DNA from: Isurus oxyrinchus
Lineage: Eukaryota
Assembly: GCA_026770705.1 (NCBI GenBank)
Contig: JANJGN010000036.1
Location: forward strand, 3,844,001-3,908,000
Direction: 5' to 3'
DNA: 64,000 bases
Notes under the pieces: generated by a model
The model's input: the letters and a program-made list of their open reading frames with translations, nothing else
Told to the model about the DNA's origin: nothing
Databases searched by the model: none
Program-made: the position numbers and the translations under genes
Shown: positions 39,550-52,900 of the stretch, piece after piece
How positions within the stretch are numbered: the first letter of the stretch is position 1
Layout: each line of letters starts with the position of its first letter

Positions 39550-41480
39550 GAGTGAGATTGTGTTGTATATTTTTCATTGTTGACACTGAAATATACAGGT
39601 TGTACAGCGGCAGATGTGAGTGAAACCTTCCCTTTTACCTGTAATGCAATGGATATGTACAAGAACTGATTGCAAAACCTTATACTTATATAGCGCCTTC
39701 AACCACATTAAAGCGTCATAAGATGTTTCTCCAGAGCATCCTGGAGAAAAATTTCAGACCAAGAGATTAGGCTCAATGATCGGCTTCGTCAAATAAATTG
39801 GTGTTAGGGAGCATCTTTAATGAGGAAAGTGAAACAGAGATTTTGACGGGAAAAATTCCATAATTTTGGGTTTGGCAGCTCGAGCCATCGTTCGTTAACA
39901 ATTAACACAGAATCACACAATGTGACGGTTAGGAAGGAGGCCATGCGTCTCATCGGGTCTGTATTGGCTCTCTTAAAGAGCTTTTGCGTACTCCCACTCC
40001 CCTGCATTATCTCTGGGATGCGATGATTAGAATTAGGGACCCTCAAGAAGACAAAATCGAAGGGGCACTCATATAGGATTATGGAACTGGAAGAGATTAC
40101 AGTTTGGGAAAAGTCCTAGTTTCAAACTTCCCTTGTGTTTCGAACTGCTTATTATTTTCACTCTTGTAAAGGTATGAGACAACCGTTACATTTATGAGTG
40201 TTCTTCTCGCCCTAGATTCCCCAAGCAGTGGGTATAGTGTTTCTCGGCCCGCCCTATCAATTGTCATTATTTCTTAGAAAACTTTGATCAACTCACAGCT
40301 ACGTCTCAATTCCAGGAATGAAGTGCGAATTAGTTAATTGCGTTTGAAACATTCGGATCGACTTCAATTAGCCACGCAACTGAGTAAAGGATTTTTCAGT
40401 AATTCTCAAAGATTTGTTTTTGTGTTGTTTTAGGTAGGGCGAAGTGAGTTTGACGTTGAAATGAAATACTCAGTAATCAGTCAAATTCATTTTACTGAGG
40501 ATTTGAGTGCTGGTGGGGTGCGGGGAGGTGAAATTCTCGATGTCTCCCCATCCCATCACTCTGCTCTCTCTCTCTTACTCTATTCATTAACAACATGGCA
40601 AAAAAATTATGTCATTTGAAAGCACATTTCAAGGAAGATTACACCCAGACAAGTTGCATAGAGAGAGATAAAGTGACTTCGAGAGAGACACACAGGCACA
40701 GAAAGACAGGGGTGAATGTGGAATATACTTGCCTCCGCCGGCTTTCCAGCAATCCACACCAGAAACACATTGATCCCACCGTGACTCCATTCTCTGTGAT
40801 ATCGTGCGCGGCGCACGTGGCCTGCTCGCTGTTTTGTTCACTGAAACGAGTGACCTCACTTTAAAAATAAAAGATTTGCGAAAAAGAAGGGGCTGGTTTC
40901 AGTGGAATGACGGCAAAAAAGAAACCGAGGTAACGAGGGAAAAACGGATGGGAAGGGGTTTGTTGGAGGCCTGGGTGGAAGGGAACTAGACAAAAGTCCA
41001 TGGGTTGCCTTCCCATTGTGGTGATGTCTCTGGTTAGACAGTGAATTGGATGCTCCTGTACAAAACTTCCTCAGTTGCAATTTTTAATTCATTGCCTGCT
41101 CCCGGGCTTGGAATTAATTTCTAAATTCAAAGCACTGTAAAGGCTTGTTAGAATTCCTGAATAAAGCCTATGTTTTAGGCAAAGGGACAAAATGATCATT
41201 GAAATGTGTTTTCAGGAAGGCGAGAGATGTATTTGAATTCAGTTCATATTGTTTTCTGAAAAAACTTTGGGAAGGTTTTGCAAAAGGATCAGCGGCTCCT
41301 TCCCAGTTGGAAAGAGGGAACTTGCTCCTTTCTGCAGCCACTGGGGTTGCAGAAGCGGGGGTGTTGAAACCTGTAAAATATCACATTCTTGCAGTGGGAT
41401 CTTGCTGTGCAAAAATTAACCACAGCCTTCCCTGCAGTGCAAACTTGACGACACTGCCCAGATTCAGTTTGCTGGGAATG
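39550..41480 (+). pseudogene. Decayed leader (about 39553-39615), V-J exon (about 40590-40981) and C-like exon (about 41150-41479)
   Basis: Leader-like segment ending GAT|GTGAGT; TQTSC, EYTCLRRL, ETSDLTLKIKDLRK..GWFQW, MGRG..VEG; SLKCVF..CAKINH ending at GTAAGT. Confidence 0.5.
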
Positions 41481-42759
41481 TAAGTGTGAATTCTCAATTT
41501 AAAACAGGGCTACAACGTCATGTATGTCAGCTAAAATGGTGAGACAGAAATTTCACAGAAGGCATTTCAATCAAGATTCATCCCGAGTTAGACAGAAGGA
41601 ACTGAGAAATGAATGGATGCAACGAAAGCAGCAGAAATGGAAAGATGAATAGAGATGGAGGCTGAACAGCGACAGAGGGGAGAGGAACAGCAAGGGACAT
41701 GATGGTGCTAGATGTACACACAGCACCTATCATCGACTGAGCAGGTACAGCTGGTAGCAGGGGGCCGGGGGTGTGCGGGAGGGGCTGTAGTGAATGGTAA
41801 AGGGATGAAAGAGAATCATAAGTGTCTATCTGCTTTACAATGAGGCTGAAAATACACCTGGAGCTGGCCGGTTAATCACAGACGGAGAGGTTAAGTCTCT
41901 GGGGGTGTTGGTGGGAGTGGGGGTGGGGGTATGGATCCAGTGTTTGTTTATAGTCCAGCCTCTAGACTAAAGGCCCCCGCCCCCACCATCCCCCTCTTCC
42001 AGTGTGTGTGATGTATATGAAAAATACTTTCTGGGGCAGTCAAGAGACATTCACACTTTCATTTTATTTGTAATCTGTTCCAATTGTCTGGATTTAATTT
42101 CAGGGCATATGGTTTGAAATGGTAACTTCTGAGCTCATTTATGTCAGTGAGTGAGGGGAGTCCTGGGATCTTTCTGTGTCTTTTCGTTCTCAAAACCTTC
42201 GCTCTGTTTTAATCAATTTCAATTTCTCTCTCACTATCGCGCTGGGCTTATGTGGAAGCTGCAACTTTTGACAAGGAAAAGAGAGAATACTTTTCCCACC
42301 AGGAATCCCGGGACAAGAGCTTTAACAAGAGGACGAAATAATGATAAAGGCATATTGTCTCATTGTCACTCGTTTGCATATGCAGCTGAAATGCATCTTT
42401 AAATTAATCAGTGGTATGTTTACAATAAAGGGCAGTGTCTGCCGGGGTGCCAAGCAATGAGGGTGGGGTGGAGTGGTGTTGGGCTGCGTGGAGAAGGAAA
42501 TCAGAGCTGAAGAGCTTGAGGCTCCCTGTTGCAGTATCCCAACGTAATCCCATAGATTTCAATCCCTCCATCTCTTCCAGCAACTCTGCACCTCCCTCCA
42601 TATTCGTAGCTATTTCCCCACATCTTCAAATTTATCCCTCTCTCCACATCCTTTACATCCCCGTCTCTCAAATATATATATATATAAATCTCTTTTTAAA
42701 AATATTTGCCTATTTACCCCCATTCTCTCTTTCCGAAACTTTGGCGCTCTATCTCCCTC

Positions 42760-43575
42760 CTTCTTGAGTGTTGTTGGAACTGCATTCATCCTGGCAACTG
42801 GAGAGTATGGCATCACACTCCCAACTTGTGCCTTTGAGATGGTGGACAGGCTTTGGGAAGCCAGGGGGTGAGTTCAGGTCTGGTTCCATTTGGAAATGGG
42901 CTGTTTCAGATTCAGAGTTGTTGTGAATGGTGCTGAGCATTGTGCAATCATCAGCGAACATCCCCACTTTTGGCCTTATGATGGAAGGAATGTCATTGAT
43001 GAATCAGCTGAAAATTGTTGGGCCGAGGACACTACTCTGTAAAATTCCTGCAGTGATGTCTTGGAGTTGTGATGACCGGCCTCCAACAACTACGACCATT
43101 GATCTTTGTGCTCAGTATGTTTCCACCCAGCAGGAAGTTTTTCCCTTGATTCCCATTGACTCCAGTATTGTTAGGGCTTCCTGATGCCACGCTCGGGCAA
43201 ATGTTGCCTGGGTACCAAGGCCAGTCACTCCCCCCTCACCTAGATGGCTCAGCTGTTTTGTCCATGTTTTAACCAAGGCTGTAATGAGGTCAGGAACTGG
43301 ATCCAGACTGACTGACAGTGATCAGGTTATTGCTAAGCAAGTGCCACTTGATAGCATTGTTGATTACCCCTTCCATTACTTTACTATGGATGGAGATTAG
43401 ACTGAAGGGGCAGTAATTGGCCGGGTTGGATTTGTCCTGCAATCTGTACTGGACATACCAATGATATCTTCTACATTGTCTGGTAGATGCCTCGGCTATA
43501 CTATTTTGGAGGAACTTGGCTATCCATGCAATTTCTGGAGCACATGCACAATTGTCGGAATATTGACAGCACTGC
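42760..43575 (-). mobile_element. Decayed LINE RT fragment (CR1/L2 group)
   Basis: DKSNPANYCPFSLISIHSKVMEG, MFADD. Confidence 0.85.
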
Positions 43576-44559
43576 TTCACATCTTTCTGTTTGTGCCCAT
43601 TTGTCTCTCCCTTTCGGTCATTTTTGATAACTGCATCACAGAATTATCCAACCCTGCTCACACCTCTCGTTCCTCCCCTCCCTCTCTTCCATTAGACCTT
43701 TAGTTCGCTACTTCTTCATCTCTCTTTCTCTTTCTCAGTGTCTATCCTTCTCTCTCTCTCGGTATCTCTACTCCCAGTTTTTTTTCCAGGTGTTTCTCTC
43801 CCTTTTATTTCTCTGTTGCTCTTAGTTCTGTCATTCTCCCTGGATTTCTCTGCTCTTTGTCCCTCTGGTTGTGGGAGAAGTAAGTTCAGTGCCATGGTAT
43901 TGTGTAGCTGATAAATGTATCTCAATCCTCCTGTTATCCATCTCCCCAAAGTTTTATACCCATTGAGTGGTAGCAACAGAAGCAGAGAGATGAAAATGAG
44001 GGACTGGTTCTCGAGCACCCGGGTGAGAAATTTCATCGAGTCAAGGTCTATCCCAGTGTTCTCTTTTTCTCTCGATGTGCCACCTCATAGACTGTGTCTG
44101 CCTCACTTTCTAAAGGGGAAAGTGGGTGGGGTGCCAAAAGGCAGATCAGCCATGACCTAATATTATAGCGAAAGTTTCAAATGAGCAGAATGGCCTCCCC
44201 CTGCTTCTGTGCAAAGTTTGTGTGTGTATTTCTAATGTCCTCGGGAGGGCAATAGGGGTGGGGTTGAGGGGTGATCGGGGTGTGGGAGATGTGGTTGGTG
44301 TTGCTGGAGGTAGGGGCGTTGGTTGGTGATCACTAGGACAAGGATTTGATTATGATTTGGAGCCCAGGAAAGCGTTTTCCACAAAGGACAGGAAAGATTG
44401 TCACCGACTGAAGGATCATGCGTGAAAGGACATATACTGGGGGCGGGAGGAGGCAGGGAGCGGGTGGGGGGAAATTTTACAGTTGGCGGGAATTATACTG
44501 TGGGGGCGGGGGGCGGGGGGCGGAGGGGGGGTAACTGAGAGCACTGTGCGACTTAATTC

Positions 44560-44660
44560 TCAAAACTGTTGGATTCCTTGATGCACCAGCAGTATTACTA
44601 AGGAGCAGGAAACGATCATCCCCAATTGCCAAAAACACAAAACATCCATTGTGTCTGTAA
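44560..44660 (-). pseudogene. Orphan TM-like exon downstream of the NKp30-like relics
   Basis: CTTCTAG acceptor, VTDTMDVLCFWQLGMIVSCSLVILLVHQGIQQF*. Confidence 0.35.
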
Positions 44661-46099
44661 CTAGAAGTCCAGTGGGTATATCTATACAATTAGAATATTT
44701 ACATTTAATAATGTCCATGATATGAAGTTACATTAGCCAGACAAAAAGTTGTGTAGTGATTTTTTTTAAAGCGTCTAATAGAAGGAAGGATTACATTAGC
44801 TGCTCGTTTTCAGAGGGCGGAGAAACATTTGCACGAGTTATGTCGCTATTTATTTACCCAATGTTGCTTTTTGTACGTTTCTCATAAATAAGGAGCCATG
44901 CTCAATTTTAATTTGTTTATTTTGTCTAAATACCTTTGTTTTCGTTTCCCTTGAACTTTGATGAACAAATCAGTCAACTTTCAGACTTAGACAAAACCTT
45001 CAACGTTGCAACTTTTAACTGCAGAAAAGACGACATAATCTTTCCCATACCTGTTGTGTTTGTACTTTTTTTTTCTCTTAAAGCAATGTTTAAGCTTCTG
45101 TGTTTGCAAATTAACCTCATAGGGAAAGGGTCTTTAATATATATCTTTAAGCTGTAAAAGAAAACACTACTTTTTACACTCTAGTCAAATCAAAGCAGCT
45201 GCCTGAGGAATGTGCCATGCCTCTGAACACAAACACACATACAAACTCAGTCATACACGCACACATTCACGAAAGAAATCATACAAAAATGCAGCCTCTC
45301 TCCTTCACACACACAGGCGCACTCACAAAGGCAGACACATACAAACACACACACACACATAGTTAGTCACAGACATAAACAGACAGACACAGTCACACAC
45401 ATAAACAGACACACTTAGTCACACACACACACATAAGCACACACACACTTACAGTCACACACATGAACAGACACACACTTAGTCACACATGCACACACAC
45501 ACACACACACACACAGGCAATATATATCCTTTAAAATTCTGAGCTGCACTTTGAAAAAATAATTTTTTGACCATTTAACACCATTGTGGAGTATGCTAGG
45601 TTTACAATTATCTATCGACTGTACTCCAAACTTGCCATCTCTTTCTGTTTCTATCGCGCTACCTGTGCATCTCTATCTATCTCCGTGCCTCGTTTTCTCG
45701 TTATCCATGATCAGGAGAAACTTCTTTACTGAGGGACTGCGGGGAATGTGGAACTCGCTCCCACAGGGTGTGGTTGAGTGAATAGCGAAGATGCATTTAA
45801 GGGGGAAGCTGGATAAACACATGAGCGAGAAATCAACAGAAGGATATGTTGATAGGACTGAGATGAAGAGGTGGTTGAAGCGATCTCACGTGGGGTATAA
45901 AAACTAGGATGGTGAAGTTAGCCGAATCGCCTGTTCCTGTGCTGTACGTTCTGTGTAACCTTTTGCAAGTTGAAACGAACCTACATGAATTGCCATGTTC
46001 AGGGGCACCATGGAACTTGAGCGACATGAGCGAGAAATATTAACCTTAATATGAAAGCCCTGATATAATGAATTAGTGCCAGAATTGGTTTTGAGTTCA

Positions 46100-46400
46100 G
46101 GTGAGAATGTTGTGGCAGACTATATATCAGAACTGCTTCTGCAGAAGTGCTCGGCCTTATGTGACGACTAATCCAGCCAGGGGAAATCAGACAGAAGGAC
46201 AGCGTGGTTGACAGCAGAGGCTCACTGATTATAGCCTGGCTGTTGCAGTGAACCAGCCAGAGGCACCTCTTTCACATACCACTGCGATCGGAGTGTGAAC
46301 GGTACATCGAGTGGTGGAGGTCGCTGGCCTACATTCTGAAAAACTAGCGCTTAACACGTAAAACAATGTCCCAGCCAGAGGCCCATGTGGTTTCCCTCGC
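46100..46400 (-). pseudogene. NKp30-like V exon relic, tandem copy 1
   Basis: TTRCTVHTP..RGASGWF; homologous to 47490-47780. Confidence 0.45.
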
Positions 46401-47489
46401 TTCACAATTCAGGCGCTCACCGGCAGAACTGTCTGCAAAGTTGCGGCAGCATAACTCAATGTCCCAGATTCAATTCGCCGTGTTATTGGGTTGTTGGGCG
46501 TTTTTCGTGTTAAATTTATTCCTCTCCAAATTAAGCTTTATTTACAGAAACCAGAAACTACATAGACGTTTTTTTTCCATGAGATTTTATTTTTGAAGGT
46601 AGCAATTTGATTACCCACTTAAAGTCCAGGTCAATTTCCCTTTCAGTGCTTGAAATAACAACTCAGATCAATTTATTACACTCTTTCAAATTTCAGAAAC
46701 AGTTATGCCTAGGCTTGTTGGCTTTAACTGTGATTTTATATCAGAGACACACAGGCTTACAGATAATGTCCACATATACAAACACATACACACACATACA
46801 CACAGAGTCAGTGACACACATAAAGGCAAACACACTTACAGCCACACACATAAACCGACACACACTCAGTCACACGCACACACACACACATGGATTCAGT
46901 CACACACATAAACACACACACACTTTTAGTCAAACATATACACACACACACCATACATAAACCTTAAAATACTGAGCTGCACCTAGACAAAATAACTTTT
47001 GACAATGTAACATTATGTTGAAAAATGTTAGGTTTAGAACTATCTGCTGTATCCCAAACTTGCCATTTCTTTTTGTTTCTTTCGTGCTATCTGTGCATCG
47101 CTATCTGTATCTATCGTTATCTATGGTCAGAAGAAACTTCTTTATTGAGGCAATGGGGAGAATGTAGAACGCACTCCCACAGGGAGTGGTTAAGGTGAAT
47201 AGCGAAGCTGGATAAACACACGAGCGAGAAAGGAACAGGAGGATATGTTGATGGGGGGGTGAGTTGAAGAGGTGGTAGAAGCGATCTCGTGTGGCGCATA
47301 AACACTAGCATAGGCCAGTTAGCCTAATGGACTGTTATGTGCTGCACTTTCATTGTAACCCTTTGCAAGTTCAAACGAACTGAATTGCCATGTTCAGGGG
47401 CGGTATGGGAATTGGGCGACATGAGCGAGAAATATTCACCTTATTCTGAGAGACCTGATATAATGAATTAGTGCTGAATTGAGATGAGA

Positions 47490-47780
47490 ATATTGTGGCA
47501 GATTGTATATCAGAAATGCTTATGTAGGCATTCTTGGCCTTAAGTGACGACTAAGCGAGCCAGGGGAATTCAGACAGAATATCGCGAGGTTGACAGCAGA
47601 GGCTCACTGACTATATCCGCGGCTGTTGCTGTGAACCAGCCAGAGGCGCCTCTCTCGCACACCATTGCGTTTGGAGTATGAAATGTGCATCGAGTGGCGG
47701 AAATCGCAGGCCTATATTCTGAAAACCTTGCGCTTAACTCGTAAAATAATACCGCAGCCAGAGGCCCCCTGTGGTTTCCC
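47490..47780 (-). pseudogene. NKp30-like V exon relic, tandem copy 2
   Basis: ATRCTFHTP..RGASGWF, STSRYSV*IPLA, KNAYISISDIQS; F and G strands missing. Confidence 0.5.
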
Positions 47781-47921
47781 ACGTTTCACAATTCAGCCTC
47801 GCACTTGTGGAACTGTCTGCAAAGTTCCTGCAGCGAAACTCAATGTCAAACCGCAGGTACAAGAGCGTTTGTCAGAGGGCCAATTCATAGAATCATAGGA
47901 TGCTTACAACAAAGACACAAA

Positions 47922-47924
<3 letters not shown>

Positions 47925-47975
<51 letters not shown>
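47925..47975. repeat. Perfect (CA)n microsatellite
   Basis: Direct inspection. Confidence 0.95.
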
Positions 47976-47977
<2 letters not shown>

Positions 47978-47979
47978 AC

Positions 47980-48160
47980 ATTGCCCCCGGGTCAGGTATC
48001 TTCAAGAGAAACTCATTGAAAGTGTCTCTTCCACGTGACAGCGAGCCTTGCTTATCCGTATTGGTCGGTGTTTGAAAAGGATTAACTGATGCCCAGTTTT
48101 TATTCCCAAATGTTGTGCCCCCATGATCGGGTTCAGGGGTATTACAGTGCACACACTATC
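47980..48160 (+). pseudogene. C1-like exon fragment
   Basis: LPPGQVSSRETH*KCLFHVTASLAYPYWSV..GYYSA resembles the gene 2 C1 pattern VPPG..ET..CLV..FW..GTYS; cut by a repeat. Confidence 0.35.
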
Positions 48161-49799
48161 TGCTCACAGGCAGCACTGCAACAAAGCGCCAAGGTTGCCA
48201 CTGCCCAGAAAAACAAGAGCAGCAGACACATAGGAACAGCAACACCTGCAAGTTCGACTCCAAGTCGCACAACATCCTGACTTGAAATTATACCATCGAT
48301 TCTTCACTGTCGCTGGGTCAAAAACGTGGAATTCCCTACCTAAGGGCAGTGTTGGTGTGACCACAGTACATGGGCTGCAGCGGTTAAAGGAGGCTAATAA
48401 CAGATTGCAGACATTTAAAACAGAAATGACGTGGATTTTTTTTCTCTCAGATATTCGTGAATATTTGGAACTCTAGAAGGTGCACACAGGATTTTTAATG
48501 ATCATGCCGGAGGTGAGAGGTTAAAACGATCAAGAAAGTCTGAACAGCCTGGGACCCCCTCTGGAAAAGAGGAGGCGAGGGGGGGAACTGATTCAGCTCT
48601 TAACATTGTTAACATTCTGACATTGTTGCAGACGGTAGAGGTAAAGAAAGCATTTTCATTTATGGCGACGGCAGAATTAAGTTTCACCATTGGGAGATAT
48701 TCACTAACAACACCAGTACGGAATTCAGGAGAAACTTCATTAGCGGAAGAGTGCGGAGAATCTGGGGCTCGCTATCTTAGAGAGTAATGGGGCTGAATAG
48801 CAGATATGCACTTCAAGGGCAAGCTGGATAAACCCATGAGGGAGAAAGGAATAGAAGCATGTTATGTGCTTGAGATGAAGAGGGGGTGAGTGGAGGCTCA
48901 CGTGGAGCAAATACTCCTGCACAAATCCAGTTGAGCCAGTTCCTCTTCTGTAATTTCTATGTAAGTCAACAAACTATAACATCCAAGGGGCTGAACATGT
49001 ATTGCTAAATAAAATGTCATCACTATGCAATGAAATTTACAGTGAACTGTTATGGCGGACATGAGACTAGTCATTAAAATTCAAAACAACCGCACGCCGT
49101 TCATCCCAAAATTCCCAGTCTCTGTGTAAAGCAGGTTGCAACAGAATCTTGAATAACCACTTCACAGAATAGATTGCACTCAGTAATATTAGATAATATT
49201 CTGTCTTCGTGGATTTCACCGTACAAGCCCTCGACCTATACAACCTAGAAAGAAAAGGACAGCAGATTTTTGGCAACACCAACAGCTGCAAGTTCCTCTC
49301 CAACCCACACATCACACTGACTGGGAAATATATCGGCCTTTCCATCACTGTCACTGGATCGAAATCCTGGAACACCGAACATAAAAGCCTACACGAATGT
49401 GCCTACTCGACTTGAAAGGCAACACCTCAAGAAGGCGTCTCATCACCACCTTTTCAAGGGGCAATTGAGGATAGGTAAACATTGCCAGGAACGCTCACAC
49501 TTCTGGTAGGAAATAAAGAGTCTTAAACGTTAAGGGAAAATATTTTCATTCAGCTCAATGACAAATGCAGGCATCCAAACCTTTTGTTTTCTGCATCCCT
49601 TTCGAGGCATTAGTAAAACTGTTTATTGATAGTCCGAATGGCGTCCTCCTGGGGCATAAACGACTCCATAACTTTTTACATTCTGGTATTTGCAGGTGTT
49701 TAATCGCAAATATGTAAAATTCATGAGGTATGAGATCCATCAGCACACCGCACGCTAAATGGTTGATTCGTCATCGTTCTCACCTCATTTGAGAGTGCA

Positions 49800-49896
49800 C
49801 CAACTAACTGGGAGTGAGCTCAGGTCAGTCTGTGGTCACTTCACCTGCAGGAACAGACTTGTAAGGGTGCAAATAGGGAGAACTCAGCGCGTCAAT
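49800..49896 (+). promoter_or_regulatory. Conserved proximal promoter/5' UTR shared with gene 1 (31754-31850, minus)
   Basis: ACTGGGAGTGAGCTCAGGTC and AGGGAGAACTCA.CGCGTCAA.ATG are shared by both genes. Confidence 0.55.
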
Positions 49897-49951
49897 ATGA
49901 CCAATATATATGTATCTCTGATGCTCATTTTCCAAGTGCTGCGGGTTTCTG
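49897..49951 (+). CDS. Gene 2 leader exon (MTNIYVSLMLIFQVLRVS)
   Basis: ATG, hydrophobic core, G|GTGAGT donor. Confidence 0.87.
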
Positions 49952-52900
49952 GTGAGTAAGAGGCGGGTGAGAATTTTAAATTGGAATCAGCCAGAATCAG
50001 TGTTTACTAAACTGTAAATGTGATCCAGTGAACAGGTGACGATGTTTGACCTGATCATGGGTATTTATTTTCTGGTTCTGCCAGCAAATTAGTGAATAAA
50101 TCTAACCTAGAATAATTAAAGACAACAATGTGACTGTTGTTAAATTACAGGTGAAGACTTTCAAATCGACTACCTTCTGATACTCTGTAACCAGTGGTAA
50201 TGTCACAATGATCTCTCTAGTTACAGAATCCCAGATACCCGTGTCTCAGAGCCCCTTCATAATGACAGCTGACGTTGGAGAGACGGTGGAAATAACCTGT
50301 CACTACACTTACGAAGTGGAATTGGTGTCTAGCTATTTCTGGTACAAACAACGTGTGGGTGAAGCCCCGAAACTAATCGCCAACCATTCCTGCCAGGGGC
50401 CCGATTGTAGGTTTATTTCCAAAAGAGGCAACAGTGAAAATGTGTTGATTCTGGAAATTCGCAATGCCCAGATGAATGACTCGGGATCCTATTACTGTGC
50501 TGATAGGTATAGCTATGTACCGCTCCTGAAAGGGCCCATACTACTGGTTGGAGGTAAGTGAAATGAATTCAGATCATGCACAATATTATAATTTGTTGCA
50601 AATTAATCGTTAACAGTGTCCCAAACTCTGTCCAGACAGTTCCATCAACAAGACGGCTGTGCTGGTGTTTGTCCCGCCGGGTGAGCTGCATTTGAGTGAA
50701 ACCGTCCCCTTAGTGTGTTTGGTCAGTGGGGTTTCTTCCAACCAGGTTGCTATTTTCTGGAACATTTCCGGCCTGGTCACCGAGGGACCGAGTGATCTAG
50801 GTACAATGGAGGCGGACGGGACCTACAGCATCAGAAGTCACGTTATGGTGTCGAGAGAAACCTGGAGAAGCGGCAGTGTTTTTAACTGTATTGTTCAACT
50901 GGGGTTTCCAGGCAAATATTGGACAAGGAGCATGTCGTTCCCCAAAGCAGCAGAGAAGCGGACAGGTGGGTTGGTGAACTGTTCAATTGAGCATTCATTT
51001 CAGATTTGGCGCAATTTTTAAGATTCCAAGAAACTGCACTCNNNNNNNNNNNNNNNNNNNNNNNNNNNNNNNNNNNNNNNNNNNNNNNNNNNNNNNNNNN
51101 NNNNNNNNNNNNNNNNNNNNNNNNNNNNNNNNNNNNNNNNNNNNNNNNNNNNNNNNNNNNNNNNNNNNNNNNNGCGTGGGTGGCTGTCTGTGTCTATCAT
51201 ATAAGAAAACATGTATTCATTTTGTTGAAATAAGTCTGAGTTACCACAGTTTCTCGATTTGCCTGATATTTACGTGAGAATTCGCAGAATCATAGACACA
51301 GAACAGAAAGGAGCCATTCTGCTATTCAACTAGTCTCACCCATTTCGCTGTTCCTTCATAATCCCCTTTATAATCCGATTTCCCTGTTGAAAGTTATTTT
51401 CGAATCTGCTTCACCCATTTTTTCAGACAGTGAATATTGGAGTTAAATTGAGATTAGGTCGACACAGAATGAGTTTATGGGAAGAAAGCGGTGAAGAGAT
51501 AAAATTCTTTTGAAAATGAATGCATCCCCGCAGGGATGTGACTTTCGCTCAATCTCACCACCACCACCTCGCCCTCTCAAACCGACCGTCCCCTTCTTCA
51601 TTTCTTGGGACCTTTCTTATCAATCCCTAGTTGGCTGGTAAAATTCAGTTTAATTTTAATTACACTTGGTGATATCAGCAGCCGGATTAACATTAACATC
51701 GGGTTATGAAACTTTAATGAATTTGGATTATTCGAAACTCTCATGACACAGGTCATGAATGAAGGAGGCAGGGAAGTTGAATTGGCCGCTAAAAGACGTA
51801 TGAAAACTTTGGCTTCATTAATAGAGGGATCGAATGCTGCGGGAAGTTATATTTTATTAATACCTGGACAGAACCCTGCTGGAGTATATTTTTCCAATTC
51901 CAGTCACAGTACTTTTGGAAGAATATAAATGCCTTTGAGAGGCTGGGGAAGAGATTTACCAGAATGGGACCAGGGATCAGAAACTTCAGTTAATGTGAAG
52001 AGAATGGAGAATCTGGCATTGTTTCCCTGAGAGCAGAGACGATTAACTGAGGATTATAATTTGCTGGACAAGTGAGCACAAAATGTCAAAAGCATGAATG
52101 GTTTCCATAGAGGAAATAAGGAGTAATCTGTTTCCACTGGCAGAAGACAAAGCCAGAGATGTGGTGATTATGTATTCTTTATACACAAAGAGCCAGCACA
52201 AACACGATGGGCCGAACTGCCCCAATGCTTGGGCCGCAGCTATTCAGAATCTATGGACGTGGGGACGAATTGTAATATTTCCAAATGTGTTGAGGACAGA
52301 ACTCTTGGTGGGAATGTAATTTGTGAAAAGGATGCAACGAGGCTACAAGGGAGATTAGGCAGGCTGAGTGAATTCACAAGAAAATGGTAGATGGAATATA
52401 ATGTCAACAAGTGTGAAGTTATCCACTTTGGTAGAAAAAGAACAAAAAGGGTAGTATTTCTTAAATGGTGGGGCATTGGGAAATGTTCATGTCAAAAGGG
52501 GCCAGAGTGTCCTTGTTCACGTGTCACTAAAAGGCACCAAGCAGCTTCAGCAAGCTGCAGCAAGCAACTAGGAATGTAAATAGTATTTTGGTCTTCATTG
52601 CAAGGATATTTGAGTATAAGATGAAGATGCCTTGGTGCAATTGCATAGAGCCTTGGTGAGTCCGCAGTTGGTGTATTTTGTACAGTTTTAATCTCCTTAT
52701 CTAAGGAATCATGCATTTGCCATGCCAGGAGTGCAACAGAGGTTCACCAGACTAATACCTGGGATGGCAGGATTGTCAGATGAGGAGAGATTGAGGAAAC
52801 TGGTTCTGCCTCCTGTAGAGTTTGAAATAATGACAGGTGATATAAATGAAAGTTACAATTTTTTACAGGTTGATGCTGTGTAGATGAGGATAAGATATGT

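Larger units (their letters stand above)
45500..47850. repeat. Tandem duplication, period about 1.4 kb
   Basis: 45530-46465 aligns by eye with 46960-47848, each preceded by a CA-rich tract. Confidence 0.88.
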
